From positions 4,073 through 68,072 of the forward strand of contig CAYGKV010000001.1 of the NCBI GenBank assembly GCA_964350885.1: a stretch of DNA of 64,000 nt. Direction: 5' to 3'. A model generated the notes under the pieces. It saw only the letters and a program-made list of their open reading frames with translations. It was not told the DNA's origin and searched no databases. A program made the translations under genes and the position numbers. Of this stretch, positions 1 through 8,293 are shown one piece after another; within the stretch, counting starts at the first letter, position 1; each line of letters starts with the position of its first letter. The DNA is from an uncultured Candidatus Saccharibacteria bacterium. Lineage in GTDB: Bacteria; Patescibacteriota; Minisyncoccia; Phycocordibacterales; UBA2100.

Positions 1-8
1 CCGCCGCG

Positions 9-242
9 ATGATCGCGATGTGTCTCGTCTCTCCGATTGTACTCGGAAGTGTTGCGCATCGGTGGATGTTTAAGACGGCGCACTACGAAGTATCGTGGAA
101 GACGATCCTTCTTGGAGTTGCGCTGTACTTTGCGCTCGGCATGATCCCTTTCGCCGGAGATATCGCACAGTTCTTACTCATGCTTCTCGTACTAGGAGCC
201 GCACTGAAAATCAAAAAAGATGCAATCAAGGAGTGGCGGTAG
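9..242 (+). CDS. small hydrophobic membrane protein (possibly N-terminally truncated by window edge)
   Basis: ORF in frame with window start; two predicted TM helices (ILLGVALYFALGMIPFAG, FLLMLLVLGAAL); no recognisable family. Confidence 0.3.
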   Translation: MIAMCLVSPIVLGSVAHRWMFKTAHYEVSWKTILLGVALYFALGMIPFAGDIAQFLLMLLVLGAALKIKKDAIKEWR

Positions 243-259
243 GATGCTACAATTCGCAG

Positions 260-625
260 ATGCGGTCTATCGTTGTCGCGGTGTCGTTTTTTCTCCTCTT
301 AGGTCTCACCAATCTAGCGAGCGCCTACTACTATGACGACTCCGTCATCATCGAAATAGGAGATGGTACGCCGCCTGAACCAAGTACGCCGCCGGGAGGA
401 GATTCTCCACCGGAGAGTGGGGGATCAGGGTCGGGGGAATCTGGAGTCGATGGCACGAGCACGCAAGGCGGAAACGGCACAGGCGGACAAGGAAGCAGTG
501 GAAATCCAGATGGCAGCTCGGGCATCTCTGTGGGAGCGGGTAACAACTCTTCGGGTGAGGGGGGGGTACCACGTCGAATAATTCTGGAAGTGCAACTACC
601 GACCCGCTGTTTGATCTACTGGTAA
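260..625 (+). CDS. secreted Gly/Ser/Thr/Pro-rich protein, N-terminal part (signal peptide MRSIVVAVSFFLLLGLTNLASA); interrupted by frameshift at G8 tract 559-566
   Basis: ATG at 260 with hydrophobic signal peptide, long low-complexity GS/PT linker; reading frame terminates 60 nt after homopolymeric G run. Confidence 0.5.
   Translation: MRSIVVAVSFFLLLGLTNLASAYYYDDSVIIEIGDGTPPEPSTPPGGDSPPESGGSGSGESGVDGTSTQGGNGTGGQGSSGNPDGSSGISVGAGNNSSGEGGVPRRIILEVQLPTRCLIYW
559..566. repeat. homopolymeric G8 tract at frameshift point between the two secreted-protein ORF halves
   Basis: ggtgaGGGGGGGGtacc; a 9-G version would fuse frame +2 (…SSGEGG) to frame +1 (TTSNNSGSATTDPLF…) with no stop. Confidence 0.6.
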
Positions 626-642
626 CTCAAGGGGCGATTACG

Positions 643-1218
643 TTGCAAAATCAAAATGGGAATTCTCTCTCCGTCGGCACAGGCGGGGTGACAAGTGATG
701 CTGTCGGTAGTGGGGTAACAACGATCGGCGCGGCGAAGTTGCGCGCAACGCTTCGAGGCAAAGATAATTTCAGAAACATTCTCGATGATTACAGTAGCGG
801 ATATCGCGCGGGAAAATATCGGATGCTCTCAGCTCGCGATGTGGGACTCGTCGGTGCCTCAGCGATACTCGAAGATATCAATATAGACGCAATCACTTTC
901 GGCGCTACAAAATTCGAAATGGTATACCGGGCGCGAGGGTACCTCATCGGTTTTATTCCAAAGACGTTTCCCGTCCGAATTGCGGTCGATCCTCAGACGA
1001 CTGTTGCGACTGATCGGGTAGTACTCACCTTGCCGTGGTATCGGTTCTTACTGCGTAAACTCTTTACCTCTTCCGTGCTCGCTCGGGAGATCGATGCGGT
1101 CGTCGTGGCAGACGAGCGTTTGCCTGGCGACACATTGGCCGATGTGCAAGCACGTCTCTTCGAAGAGATATCCTCTACACTGAAGAAAAAAGTGGGAACG
1201 ATCGGGGTCAATCAATAA
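643..1218 (+). CDS. C-terminal part of the frameshifted secreted protein (frame +1 open from 559)
   Basis: ORF continues the G/S/T-rich character (NGNSLSVGTGGVTSDAVGSGVTTIG) then a globular C-terminal domain; TTG at 643 is probably not a real start. Confidence 0.45.
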   Translation: MQNQNGNSLSVGTGGVTSDAVGSGVTTIGAAKLRATLRGKDNFRNILDDYSSGYRAGKYRMLSARDVGLVGASAILEDINIDAITFGATKFEMVYRARGYLIGFIPKTFPVRIAVDPQTTVATDRVVLTLPWYRFLLRKLFTSSVLAREIDAVVVADERLPGDTLADVQARLFEEISSTLKKKVGTIGVNQ

Positions 1219-1413
1219 CCCAACTCCGAGTAAATTCTGTATCATCGGGCCCGTCCTTTTTCCGGTCGTCTACTTTCTTCGGAGGGATGGGCGAGGATGG
1301 GGATCTTTTTGCCGCTTTTCGCGCTTTCTCGTTTTCGAGCCACTCCTCATGCTCCATGTTTCGCATAGTATATATTGTATCGCAGCTTTTGCCTCTTGTG
1401 CTAGCATGGGCCA

Positions 1414-2388
1414 ATGCTAGTAGATGAAATAACAATTGAGCTCCACGCAGGAGATGGTGGCAAGGGTGCCGTCGCTTTCCAGAAGGTCCGGCTTGCCCGC
1501 GGTCCTACGGGGGGAGATGGGGGCAATGGTGGCAGCATCTATTTTGAAGGCGTCTCCAATCCGAGCGCACTCTCGGTGTTTGCTCATAAAAAGATAATTC
1601 AGGCGGAAAATGGCAGAGACGGTCGCGGGCAGTTTCTCGACGGCAGAGGAGGCGCCGATCTTATACTGAAGATTCCTATTGGCACGCGCATACACAATGT
1701 CAGTACTGGATATGTGCAAGAGATGGACGAGGTGGGACAGCGCATCTTGGCGGCAGGAGCGGGGATCGGAGGACGGGGGAATTTCAAATTCCGTTCATCA
1801 ACCAACACGAGCCCGATGGAGGCTGAGCCCGGATTAAAGGGCGATACATGCGCCTATAGACTTGAGCTCCGCTTGATTGCTGATGTCGGATTTGTCGGTT
1901 TGCCAAATGCGGGGAAGTCGAGTCTTTTGAATGAATTGACTGCAGCAAAGAGTCGCGTCGCGGGATACGCATTCACGACACTCGAACCTCACCTCGGCGC
2001 GTACTACGAGATCATTCTTGCCGATATCCCAGGACTTATCGAAGGGGCTTCGGAAGGTAAAGGGCTCGGTGTCAAATTTCTCAAGCATATCGAGCGCACG
2101 AAAGTTCTATTTCATCTCATTTCCGCAGAATCCGACGATGTGGCGAAAGATTATGAAGTTATTCGAAACGAGCTGGAGAGCTACAATCCGATGCTTACCA
2201 AGAAAATTGAATATGTGTTTCTCACAAAAACCGACGCTGTCACACCGGAGGAAATAAAGAAGAAGTTACAAGCACTCAAGAAAAAGAAATTAAAACCAAT
2301 CCCCATCTCAATTCTCGATGAAAAGAGCCTCATGGAAGTAAAAAAGATACTCAATAAGATAAAATCCGCGAAACTGGGAAAAGCATAA
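1414..2388 (+). CDS. obg: GTPase Obg/CgtA
   Basis: Obg-fold glycine-rich N-terminus (GDGGKGAVAF, GGDGGNGGSIYF, GRDGRGQF); G domain motifs GLPNAGKSSL, DIPGLIEGA, TKTD. Confidence 0.92.
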   Translation: MLVDEITIELHAGDGGKGAVAFQKVRLARGPTGGDGGNGGSIYFEGVSNPSALSVFAHKKIIQAENGRDGRGQFLDGRGGADLILKIPIGTRIHNVSTGYVQEMDEVGQRILAAGAGIGGRGNFKFRSSTNTSPMEAEPGLKGDTCAYRLELRLIADVGFVGLPNAGKSSLLNELTAAKSRVAGYAFTTLEPHLGAYYEIILADIPGLIEGASEGKGLGVKFLKHIERTKVLFHLISAESDDVAKDYEVIRNELESYNPMLTKKIEYVFLTKTDAVTPEEIKKKLQALKKKKLKPIPISILDEKSLMEVKKILNKIKSAKLGKA

Positions 2389-2412
2389 AGGTAGTTTCTC
2401 GGGGATTTTCCA

Positions 2413-2483
2413 GTTTACACGCTGCTGCCTGCGACGAAGCCGGTAGTCCAGCAGAGCTGTAGCGAGTAGCCGCCGGAGAGGGG
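2413..2483. repeat. direct repeat copy 1 (~70 bp, ~93% identical to 3047-3116), non-coding relic of flavoprotein 3' end
   Basis: gtttacacgctgctgcctgcgacgaagccggtagtccagcagagctgtagcgagtagccgccggagagggg aligned by eye to copy 2. Confidence 0.65.
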
Positions 2484-2497
2484 AAAATGAATGAGGC

Positions 2498-2752
2498 CTA
2501 CCGATATGCATCCTTGCGATTCTTAATGGCGTACACGAAGATTGTCGAGGTTTCGATGTCAAAAAGTATGCGATAGTTTCCGACCCGCTTGCGGTACCCG
2601 TGCAGGGGAAGCTGTAATTTCTTTATTTGCCGGAGTTCAGACGAGAAATCCACAAGCTCGCGCAATGCCTCGCCCACCCGAATCTTTTCCTTCGGAGGTA
2701 AAGCATCAAAATTCTTCACGGCACTTCCAAACAAAACCACCTTATACACCAT
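2498..2752 (-). CDS. type II toxin, RelE/ParE family
   Basis: 85 aa from MVYKVVLFGSAVKNFDALP…GYRKRVGNYRILFDIETSTIFVYAIKNRKDAYR, matching the RelE/ParE signature (RVGdYRiiy…v.ilri.hRkdvY); starts 5 nt after antitoxin stop. Confidence 0.75.
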   Translation of the reverse strand: MVYKVVLFGSAVKNFDALPPKEKIRVGEALRELVDFSSELRQIKKLQLPLHGYRKRVGNYRILFDIETSTIFVYAIKNRKDAYR

Positions 2753-2984
2753 AACGCTTGAGGATCTTTTCAAGCGGAGTACCGCGTTCGCCCGCATGCT
2801 TCTTTTTGAGTCGCATGAGTTCGAGCGAGTCTTCAAGGTCCTCAAGGTCGCGCTGGTTCATGATGGTGGCGACGGGTATTCCACTTTTTTCGAGAGTGAT
2901 GCGCTCCCCGTTCATTACACGTTCAATAACCGCGCCGAGGTTAATGCGCGCTTGCGTAATGGCCATAACAGTGGTGTCGGACAT
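2742..2984 (-). CDS. type II antitoxin, Phd/YefM family
   Basis: 80 aa; ITQARINLGAVIERVMNGERITLEKSGIPVATIMNQRDLEDLEDSLEL resembles the Phd/YefM N-terminal fold; located upstream of the toxin. Confidence 0.7.
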   Translation of the reverse strand: MSDTTVMAITQARINLGAVIERVMNGERITLEKSGIPVATIMNQRDLEDLEDSLELMRLKKKHAGERGTPLEKILKRYGV

Positions 2985-3046
2985 ATATTGATTGATGTTA
3001 AGTACTACTCATCAACTATACTCAATGCATGCCCGCTGTCAATAAC

Positions 3047-3116
3047 GTTTTACACGCTGCTGCCGGCGACGAAGCCGCTGCTCCAGCAGAGCTGTAGCGA
3101 GTAGCCGCCGGAGGGG
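3047..3116. repeat. direct repeat copy 2 (covers last ~21 codons and stop of flavoprotein gene)
   Basis: gttttacacgctgctgccggcgacgaagccgctgctccagcagagctgtagcgagtagccgccggagggg. Confidence 0.65.
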
Positions 3117-4282
3117 CGGTTGATGTGTAGCACATCGCCGATGAGATAGAGGTTAGAGATTTTGAGACTACGCATAGTGCGCGTATCTACTTCCGTGAGC
3201 GGCACGCCGCCGTCGGAGACGATGGCGCGATCGAAGCCCATCAATCCTTCAATCGTCGCTGGAGCTGACTTAAGAAGGTGAACGAAGCGTTTGCGATCTT
3301 CTTTGGTGAGGCTATGGGCTTTGAGCGAAGGGTTTGGCAAGTTCAGTAGTGAGGTATACGCGCGACTCATGCCGGCCGGTACAATTTCGTCGACAACATT
3401 TTTGAAATCCTTATTCTTACTCGCTTCAATGGCGGCGAGGACGCGCTTTTCGAGCACAGCAAAATCGGTGTCGGGAAATGCGTCGATGGCGCAAGTGACG
3501 GTACCGCCCGATAGAAGATCGTGTACCTGATGAGCGCAGTTCAATATGAGAGGGCCGGAGAGCCCAAAGTGAGTAAAAAGGAGCCGCCCTTTTCTTGCAA
3601 ACGCTCGTTTGCCGTCGACGAAGAAAACAATCTTCATATCAGGCAACGTAATGCCAGCGAGTTTTTTTACCCATGCATCATCTACGCGAAGCGGGACAAG
3701 GGTCGGAGTCGATGGGATTACAGTGTGACCAAGGGCGGGGAGCCAATTGAATCCGTCGCCCGTCGAGCCCGTCTCGGGATGCGATGCGCCGCCTGTTGCG
3801 AGTACAAACGACTCAGCAGTAAACATCCCCTTAGTGCTCACGACATCAGTAATACGGCCGTCTGTAGCATTGAGTTTTTCCACAGTCACGCCCGTCAATA
3901 CCTCGACGCCATGCTCGGCAAGATAGGTCTTGAGCGTTTTGGTAACGTCGGTCGCTTTCTGTGTAACAGGGAATGCGCGGTTTCGTGCTTCGATGACGAG
4001 AGGCAATCCGCGTGAAGCGAAAAAATCAAAGGTGCTCTGCACGCCAAATTGGGAGAAAGGGGAGTAGAGAAATTGTTCTGCGGCGCCGTAATTTTTCAAG
4101 AGCGCACGCACATCTAATTCCGCGTTTGTGATATTGCACCTGCCTCCGCCGGTCGTATCGAGCTTTTTCCCAAGCTTTGCGTTTTTTTCGATAAGTAAGA
4201 CCGATTTACCGCGCTCGGCTGCTATACCCGCAGCAAACATGCCCGCGGCCCCGCCGCCGATCACAATGACATCGTACTTCAT
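3050..4282 (-). CDS. NAD(P)/FAD-dependent oxidoreductase, HI0933/BaiN-like flavoprotein
   Basis: MKYDVIVIGGGAAGMFAAGIAAERGKSVLLIEKNAKLGKKL…GGGRCN Rossmann dinucleotide fold; chosen start is the internal Met (ORF track extends to 4456). Confidence 0.8.
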   Translation of the reverse strand: MKYDVIVIGGGAAGMFAAGIAAERGKSVLLIEKNAKLGKKLDTTGGGRCNITNAELDVRALLKNYGAAEQFLYSPFSQFGVQSTFDFFASRGLPLVIEARNRAFPVTQKATDVTKTLKTYLAEHGVEVLTGVTVEKLNATDGRITDVVSTKGMFTAESFVLATGGASHPETGSTGDGFNWLPALGHTVIPSTPTLVPLRVDDAWVKKLAGITLPDMKIVFFVDGKRAFARKGRLLFTHFGLSGPLILNCAHQVHDLLSGGTVTCAIDAFPDTDFAVLEKRVLAAIEASKNKDFKNVVDEIVPAGMSRAYTSLLNLPNPSLKAHSLTKEDRKRFVHLLKSAPATIEGLMGFDRAIVSDGGVPLTEVDTRTMRSLKISNLYLIGDVLHINRPSGGYSLQLCWSSGFVAGSSV

Positions 4283-4325
4283 TATACCCGCTTGCATTAG
4301 GAATATATAGCACGTAATTTGATTT

Positions 4326-4514
4326 TTGTCCCAAGACGTGGTATTATCGCACCTCATGAATATCCCCACAAAAACCTTCCAAAGGAACGGCAAATGGGTG
4401 GAAAAGACCAGCACGGTGAAGGTAGCGGTCTGTGCGTGCAAAAACAAGTACATCAAGACCCGTGAGAATCAACGACAGTGCATCCGGTGCATTTATAAAT
4501 CCGCGCGGATCTAA
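4326..4514 (+). CDS. small Cys-containing hypothetical protein (possible zinc ribbon)
   Basis: 62 aa ORF in a 300 bp intergenic gap; VCACKN…CIRC motif; no family recognised. Confidence 0.2.
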   Translation: MSQDVVLSHLMNIPTKTFQRNGKWVEKTSTVKVAVCACKNKYIKTRENQRQCIRCIYKSARI

Positions 4515-4539
4515 AATCCTAGGCTTTCTCTGATACAGT

Positions 4540-5295
4540 ATGGGACATCGCGTTCTTTTTCATAAAACGCGCTCGTATATGGCCACGCTAAAACAGCTGA
4601 AAGAATATATTGAACCGGGGATTTTCTATTTTGCGCTTGCGATCATCGTCGTAGTTATGATTTTCGTGCGAGAGCCGCTCGGTCTTCCCGGGATTGATTT
4701 TTTTGCCGGAATCGCGAAAGATTTCTTTGAACGATACGGCCTCATCACGCTCTACGTCTCGGCGGTGATCGAGAGTCTTTTCATGATCAGTTTCTACTTT
4801 CCAGGATCGCTCATCGTCGCTCTCGCAATCCTCGTGTCCGATAGAAGCGTCGCAGCCTTGGCGGTTATTGTGCTAATCGGGTGGGCGAGCGTGCTCACCG
4901 CGACCGCGATCAATTATTGGCTCGGGAAAGAGGGTTTTTATCGGCTTCTTCTGAGGCTCGGTTCGGAGGACACGCTTCACTCTATGCAGGCGTACCTGGA
5001 GAAACGTGGACGATGGGCTGTCTTTTTCTCCGCGGTGCATCCCAACCTTCTCGCCATCGCAACTATTTGTATGGGTATCGCTCGGACGGGTTTTGTAAAG
5101 ACGATGGCATTCTCTTTCATTGCTATAGCGTTCTGGATACCAGTGCAAGTGTACATTCTTGGTTTTGTACTTCCGGATCCAAATGAGAGCATGGCGCTCT
5201 TGCAATGGCTCATCGCCGCTCTCTTCGTCTTCGGTGGAGTCCGGGCGGTGCGAAAAAAACAGGGTGATGTACACTCAAGCAGCATTGGCGTATGA
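4540..5295 (+). CDS. DedA/VTT-domain family membrane protein
   Basis: ERYGLITLYVSAVIESLFMISFYFPGSLIVALAIL typical DedA core; multiple TM helices; alternative start at 4579. Confidence 0.7.
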   Translation: MGHRVLFHKTRSYMATLKQLKEYIEPGIFYFALAIIVVVMIFVREPLGLPGIDFFAGIAKDFFERYGLITLYVSAVIESLFMISFYFPGSLIVALAILVSDRSVAALAVIVLIGWASVLTATAINYWLGKEGFYRLLLRLGSEDTLHSMQAYLEKRGRWAVFFSAVHPNLLAIATICMGIARTGFVKTMAFSFIAIAFWIPVQVYILGFVLPDPNESMALLQWLIAALFVFGGVRAVRKKQGDVHSSSIGV

Positions 5296-5579
5296 AAAGA
5301 AATATCAAAAAGACGGCATTTTTCGCGGCGGGAGTGTTCTTCTTACCACTCGGGATTCTCGGTCTCGCACTTCCCTTTTTGCAAGGATTTTTATTTATTG
5401 CTATCGGACTCATTTTCCTTTCGATTTCCTCTCCTCGCGCACGCTCGTGGATCGAATCTCATACGACGCGGTACCCGAACGTACATGCAGTAATGGGGCG
5501 GATTGAGAAGTGGATCGTGGGCATTGTTGGTCCGCTCGACACAGAGAAGACAGAGGGAGAAAACAAAAGGAATTTCTAA
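5292..5579 (+). CDS. small membrane protein, PGPGW/YbaN-like
   Basis: 95 aa, two TM helices with LALPFLQGFLFIAIGL motif; ATGA overlap with dedA-like gene. Confidence 0.4.
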   Translation: MKRNIKKTAFFAAGVFFLPLGILGLALPFLQGFLFIAIGLIFLSISSPRARSWIESHTTRYPNVHAVMGRIEKWIVGIVGPLDTEKTEGENKRNF

Positions 5580-5605
5580 ACATACGCTCCGTAAAACGCG
5601 GTAGA

Positions 5606-8284
5606 ATGGAGGGCGTGACGTATTGGCATACACGATCAGTGCCCTTGGTACTCGACGAGCTCCGTACAAGCGAGCGCGGCCTCACAAGCGCTGAAGCAGC
5701 GAGACGTCTTCTTGAGTGGGGGAGAAATGTGTTGCCTGAAAAGAAACCTGACAGCACGATTCAGATTTTCTTTCGCCAGTTTCGTAGCCCCCTTATCTAC
5801 ATTCTTTTGGCGGCTGCGGCGGTTGTTTTCATCATGGGTGAGTACGTTGATGGCGCGATCATCCTCGCAATTTTGATTTTCAATGCCATCGTGGGGACGA
5901 TTCAGGAAGGGAGAGCGCAAAACACTCTCCGCGCTCTCCGACATCTCGTCGAGACGAAGGCAATCGTGGTGCGAGACGAGAAAGAGCTCATCATTCCCGA
6001 CGCTGAGGTGGTGGTTGGCGATATTCTTATGTTGGTCGAAGGAGCGAAAATCGCGGCGGACGCGCGGCTTATTGTTGCGAGGAGTCTTCGCAGCGACGAA
6101 TCCACCCTGACCGGGGAGTCCGTTCCTGTCGATAAACTTCACGATGTTGTTCTTGCGAAAGACAAAGCGACAGCCGAACAGATCAATATGATTTTCAAGG
6201 GTACAAATATTGTGGCGGGTAGCGGAAGGGCGGTTGTGGTCGCGACCGGAGTGAAGACCGCGATCGGGAAGATTGCACAGGCGCTCTCTTCGATTGAATC
6301 TGAAGTCCCCCTTAAATCGAGCATCGAGCATCTCTCGCGAGCGATCATCGTTATCGTGCTTTTCATTGGATCAGCTATTTTTGTACTGGGAATTATCGAA
6401 GGGTACTCAATGCGTACGATGTTTTCTACCGTAGTATCGCTTGCCGTTTCTATCATTCCGGAAGGGTTACCCATCGTCATGACCCTCATACTCGCGACGG
6501 GTGTATGGCGCATGTCTAAGCGCAACGCGCTTGTGAAAGAGCTTCAGGCGGTCGAAGCTTTGGGACAGGCAAATGTAATCGCCGTCGACAAGACGGGCAC
6601 CATCACACGCAACGAGCTTGTCGTCCAGGAGGTGTGGGTCGATGGGCAGCTCTTTCACATCGACGGGGTAGGGTATGAACCGAAAGGAGTAGTGCAACTG
6701 AATGATGCGGAGATTGATCCTGCGGAGAGTCCAGCGCTCCTCTATGCAGGCAAGTGCGCTGCATTTTCAGCAAGCGGACGAACGCTCTATTCAGAAGAGG
6801 AAGCTCGCTGGCGTGTTTTGGGAGATCCGACAGAAGCGGCACTGTTTGTCTTCGGTCAAAAGATTGGTTTCCATAAAGATACTCTTGAGCACACGTCGCC
6901 TCTTCTCGGAGAGATTCCGTTCGATTACCGATTGAAATACCACGGCACGCTCCATAACCACGAGGGGAAGAAGTTTCTCACGGTTGTCGGCGCTCCAGAG
7001 GAGATACTGGGACTTTCTAGCACGATATGGCACGAAGGTGCCCACCATCCGCTTGATCAGGGGAGTCGAGAAAGAATCGAGAAGATAGTCGAAGGCATGT
7101 CGTCGAAAGGCTTGCGCGTCATCGCGTTTGCAGTCGATGATCGTTCTCCGATATCGGATCTCAGGCCGGAGCATATTCGAGGCTTACAATTCATCGGTTT
7201 ATACGGAATGAAAGACGCGCTTCGGGAAGAGGTGAAAGATGCGATGTCTCGGGCAGAAGATGCAGGAATCCGCGTGGTCATGATCACGGGCGATCACGTG
7301 CTCACTGCGCGCGCTATTGCAAAGGAAGCGGGGATCTATCATGCCGGCGATCATGTACTCACGGGGCATGAGATAGATGGGCTCTCCGAAGAGGATCTGG
7401 CGCTCCGGCTTGCGAAGACATCGGTATTTGCACGCGTTACTCCCGAACATAAATTGCAAATCATCAACGCCTACAAGCGGCGTGGAGAAATCGTCGCCAT
7501 GACTGGAGATGGAGTAAACGACGCTCCCTCGCTCGCCGCCGCGGACTTGGGTGTCTCTATGGGTCGGATGGGTACAGAAGTTGCCAAGGAAGCTTCCGAC
7601 ATCATTTTGCTCGACGATAATTTTGGGAGCATTGTCTCTGCCGTAGAAGAAGGACGGAGCATTTACCAATCCATTCGAAAAGTCATCCTCTATCTTTTCT
7701 CGACGAGCGCTGGAGAGACACTCACTCTAATCGGGGCGTTGCTGCTCGGATTACCCCTACCACTTCTTGCTGCGCAGATTATTTGGCTCAACTTTGTGAC
7801 GGACGGATTTTTGGATGTTGCGCTTGCTATGGAGCCGAAAGAGCCAGGGCTCTTGAAAAGAGCGTTTGCGCGGCCTAAGAGATATCTCGTAGATTGGCGA
7901 ATGGGCAGGAGGATTGCCTTGGTGTCGGTCGTCATGATGTGCGGCACACTCTATTTGTTCAAAGACTATGTCGGTGTTGACATGACGAAAGCGTGGACGA
8001 TCTCACTCACCACACTTGCGGTATTTCAGTGGTTTAATGCATGGAACTGTCGATCAGATACGAAGTCAATATTTCAAATGAATCCTTTTTCAAACATGTA
8101 TCTCATTGGTGCCACCGCGATTGTCATCGTGCTGCAATTTTTGGCACTCCACACACCATTTTTGCAATCGATTCTCCACACGACTCCGCTTTCATGGAAT
8201 GAGTGGGTGATGATACTTGTGATCGCTTCGTCTATTATCGTTGCAGAGGAGGTGCGCAAATCATTCGCGCGTTTTCGAGCGTAA
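5606..8284 (+). CDS. cation-transporting P-type ATPase (P2-type, Ca2+/Mg2+-like)
   Basis: TGES, phosphorylation motif DKTGTIT, hinge TGDGVNDAPSLAAADLGVSMG, 10 TM organisation; start chosen at MEGVTYWH. Confidence 0.88.
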   Translation: MEGVTYWHTRSVPLVLDELRTSERGLTSAEAARRLLEWGRNVLPEKKPDSTIQIFFRQFRSPLIYILLAAAAVVFIMGEYVDGAIILAILIFNAIVGTIQEGRAQNTLRALRHLVETKAIVVRDEKELIIPDAEVVVGDILMLVEGAKIAADARLIVARSLRSDESTLTGESVPVDKLHDVVLAKDKATAEQINMIFKGTNIVAGSGRAVVVATGVKTAIGKIAQALSSIESEVPLKSSIEHLSRAIIVIVLFIGSAIFVLGIIEGYSMRTMFSTVVSLAVSIIPEGLPIVMTLILATGVWRMSKRNALVKELQAVEALGQANVIAVDKTGTITRNELVVQEVWVDGQLFHIDGVGYEPKGVVQLNDAEIDPAESPALLYAGKCAAFSASGRTLYSEEEARWRVLGDPTEAALFVFGQKIGFHKDTLEHTSPLLGEIPFDYRLKYHGTLHNHEGKKFLTVVGAPEEILGLSSTIWHEGAHHPLDQGSRERIEKIVEGMSSKGLRVIAFAVDDRSPISDLRPEHIRGLQFIGLYGMKDALREEVKDAMSRAEDAGIRVVMITGDHVLTARAIAKEAGIYHAGDHVLTGHEIDGLSEEDLALRLAKTSVFARVTPEHKLQIINAYKRRGEIVAMTGDGVNDAPSLAAADLGVSMGRMGTEVAKEASDIILLDDNFGSIVSAVEEGRSIYQSIRKVILYLFSTSAGETLTLIGALLLGLPLPLLAAQIIWLNFVTDGFLDVALAMEPKEPGLLKRAFARPKRYLVDWRMGRRIALVSVVMMCGTLYLFKDYVGVDMTKAWTISLTTLAVFQWFNAWNCRSDTKSIFQMNPFSNMYLIGATAIVIVLQFLALHTPFLQSILHTTPLSWNEWVMILVIASSIIVAEEVRKSFARFRA

Positions 8285-8293
8285 CGATCGGAT

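Noticed and set aside
1208-1435. 75-aa minus-strand ORF overlapping the obg start
   Set aside because: Low-complexity Lys/Pro-rich translation, overlaps obg promoter/start; no support.
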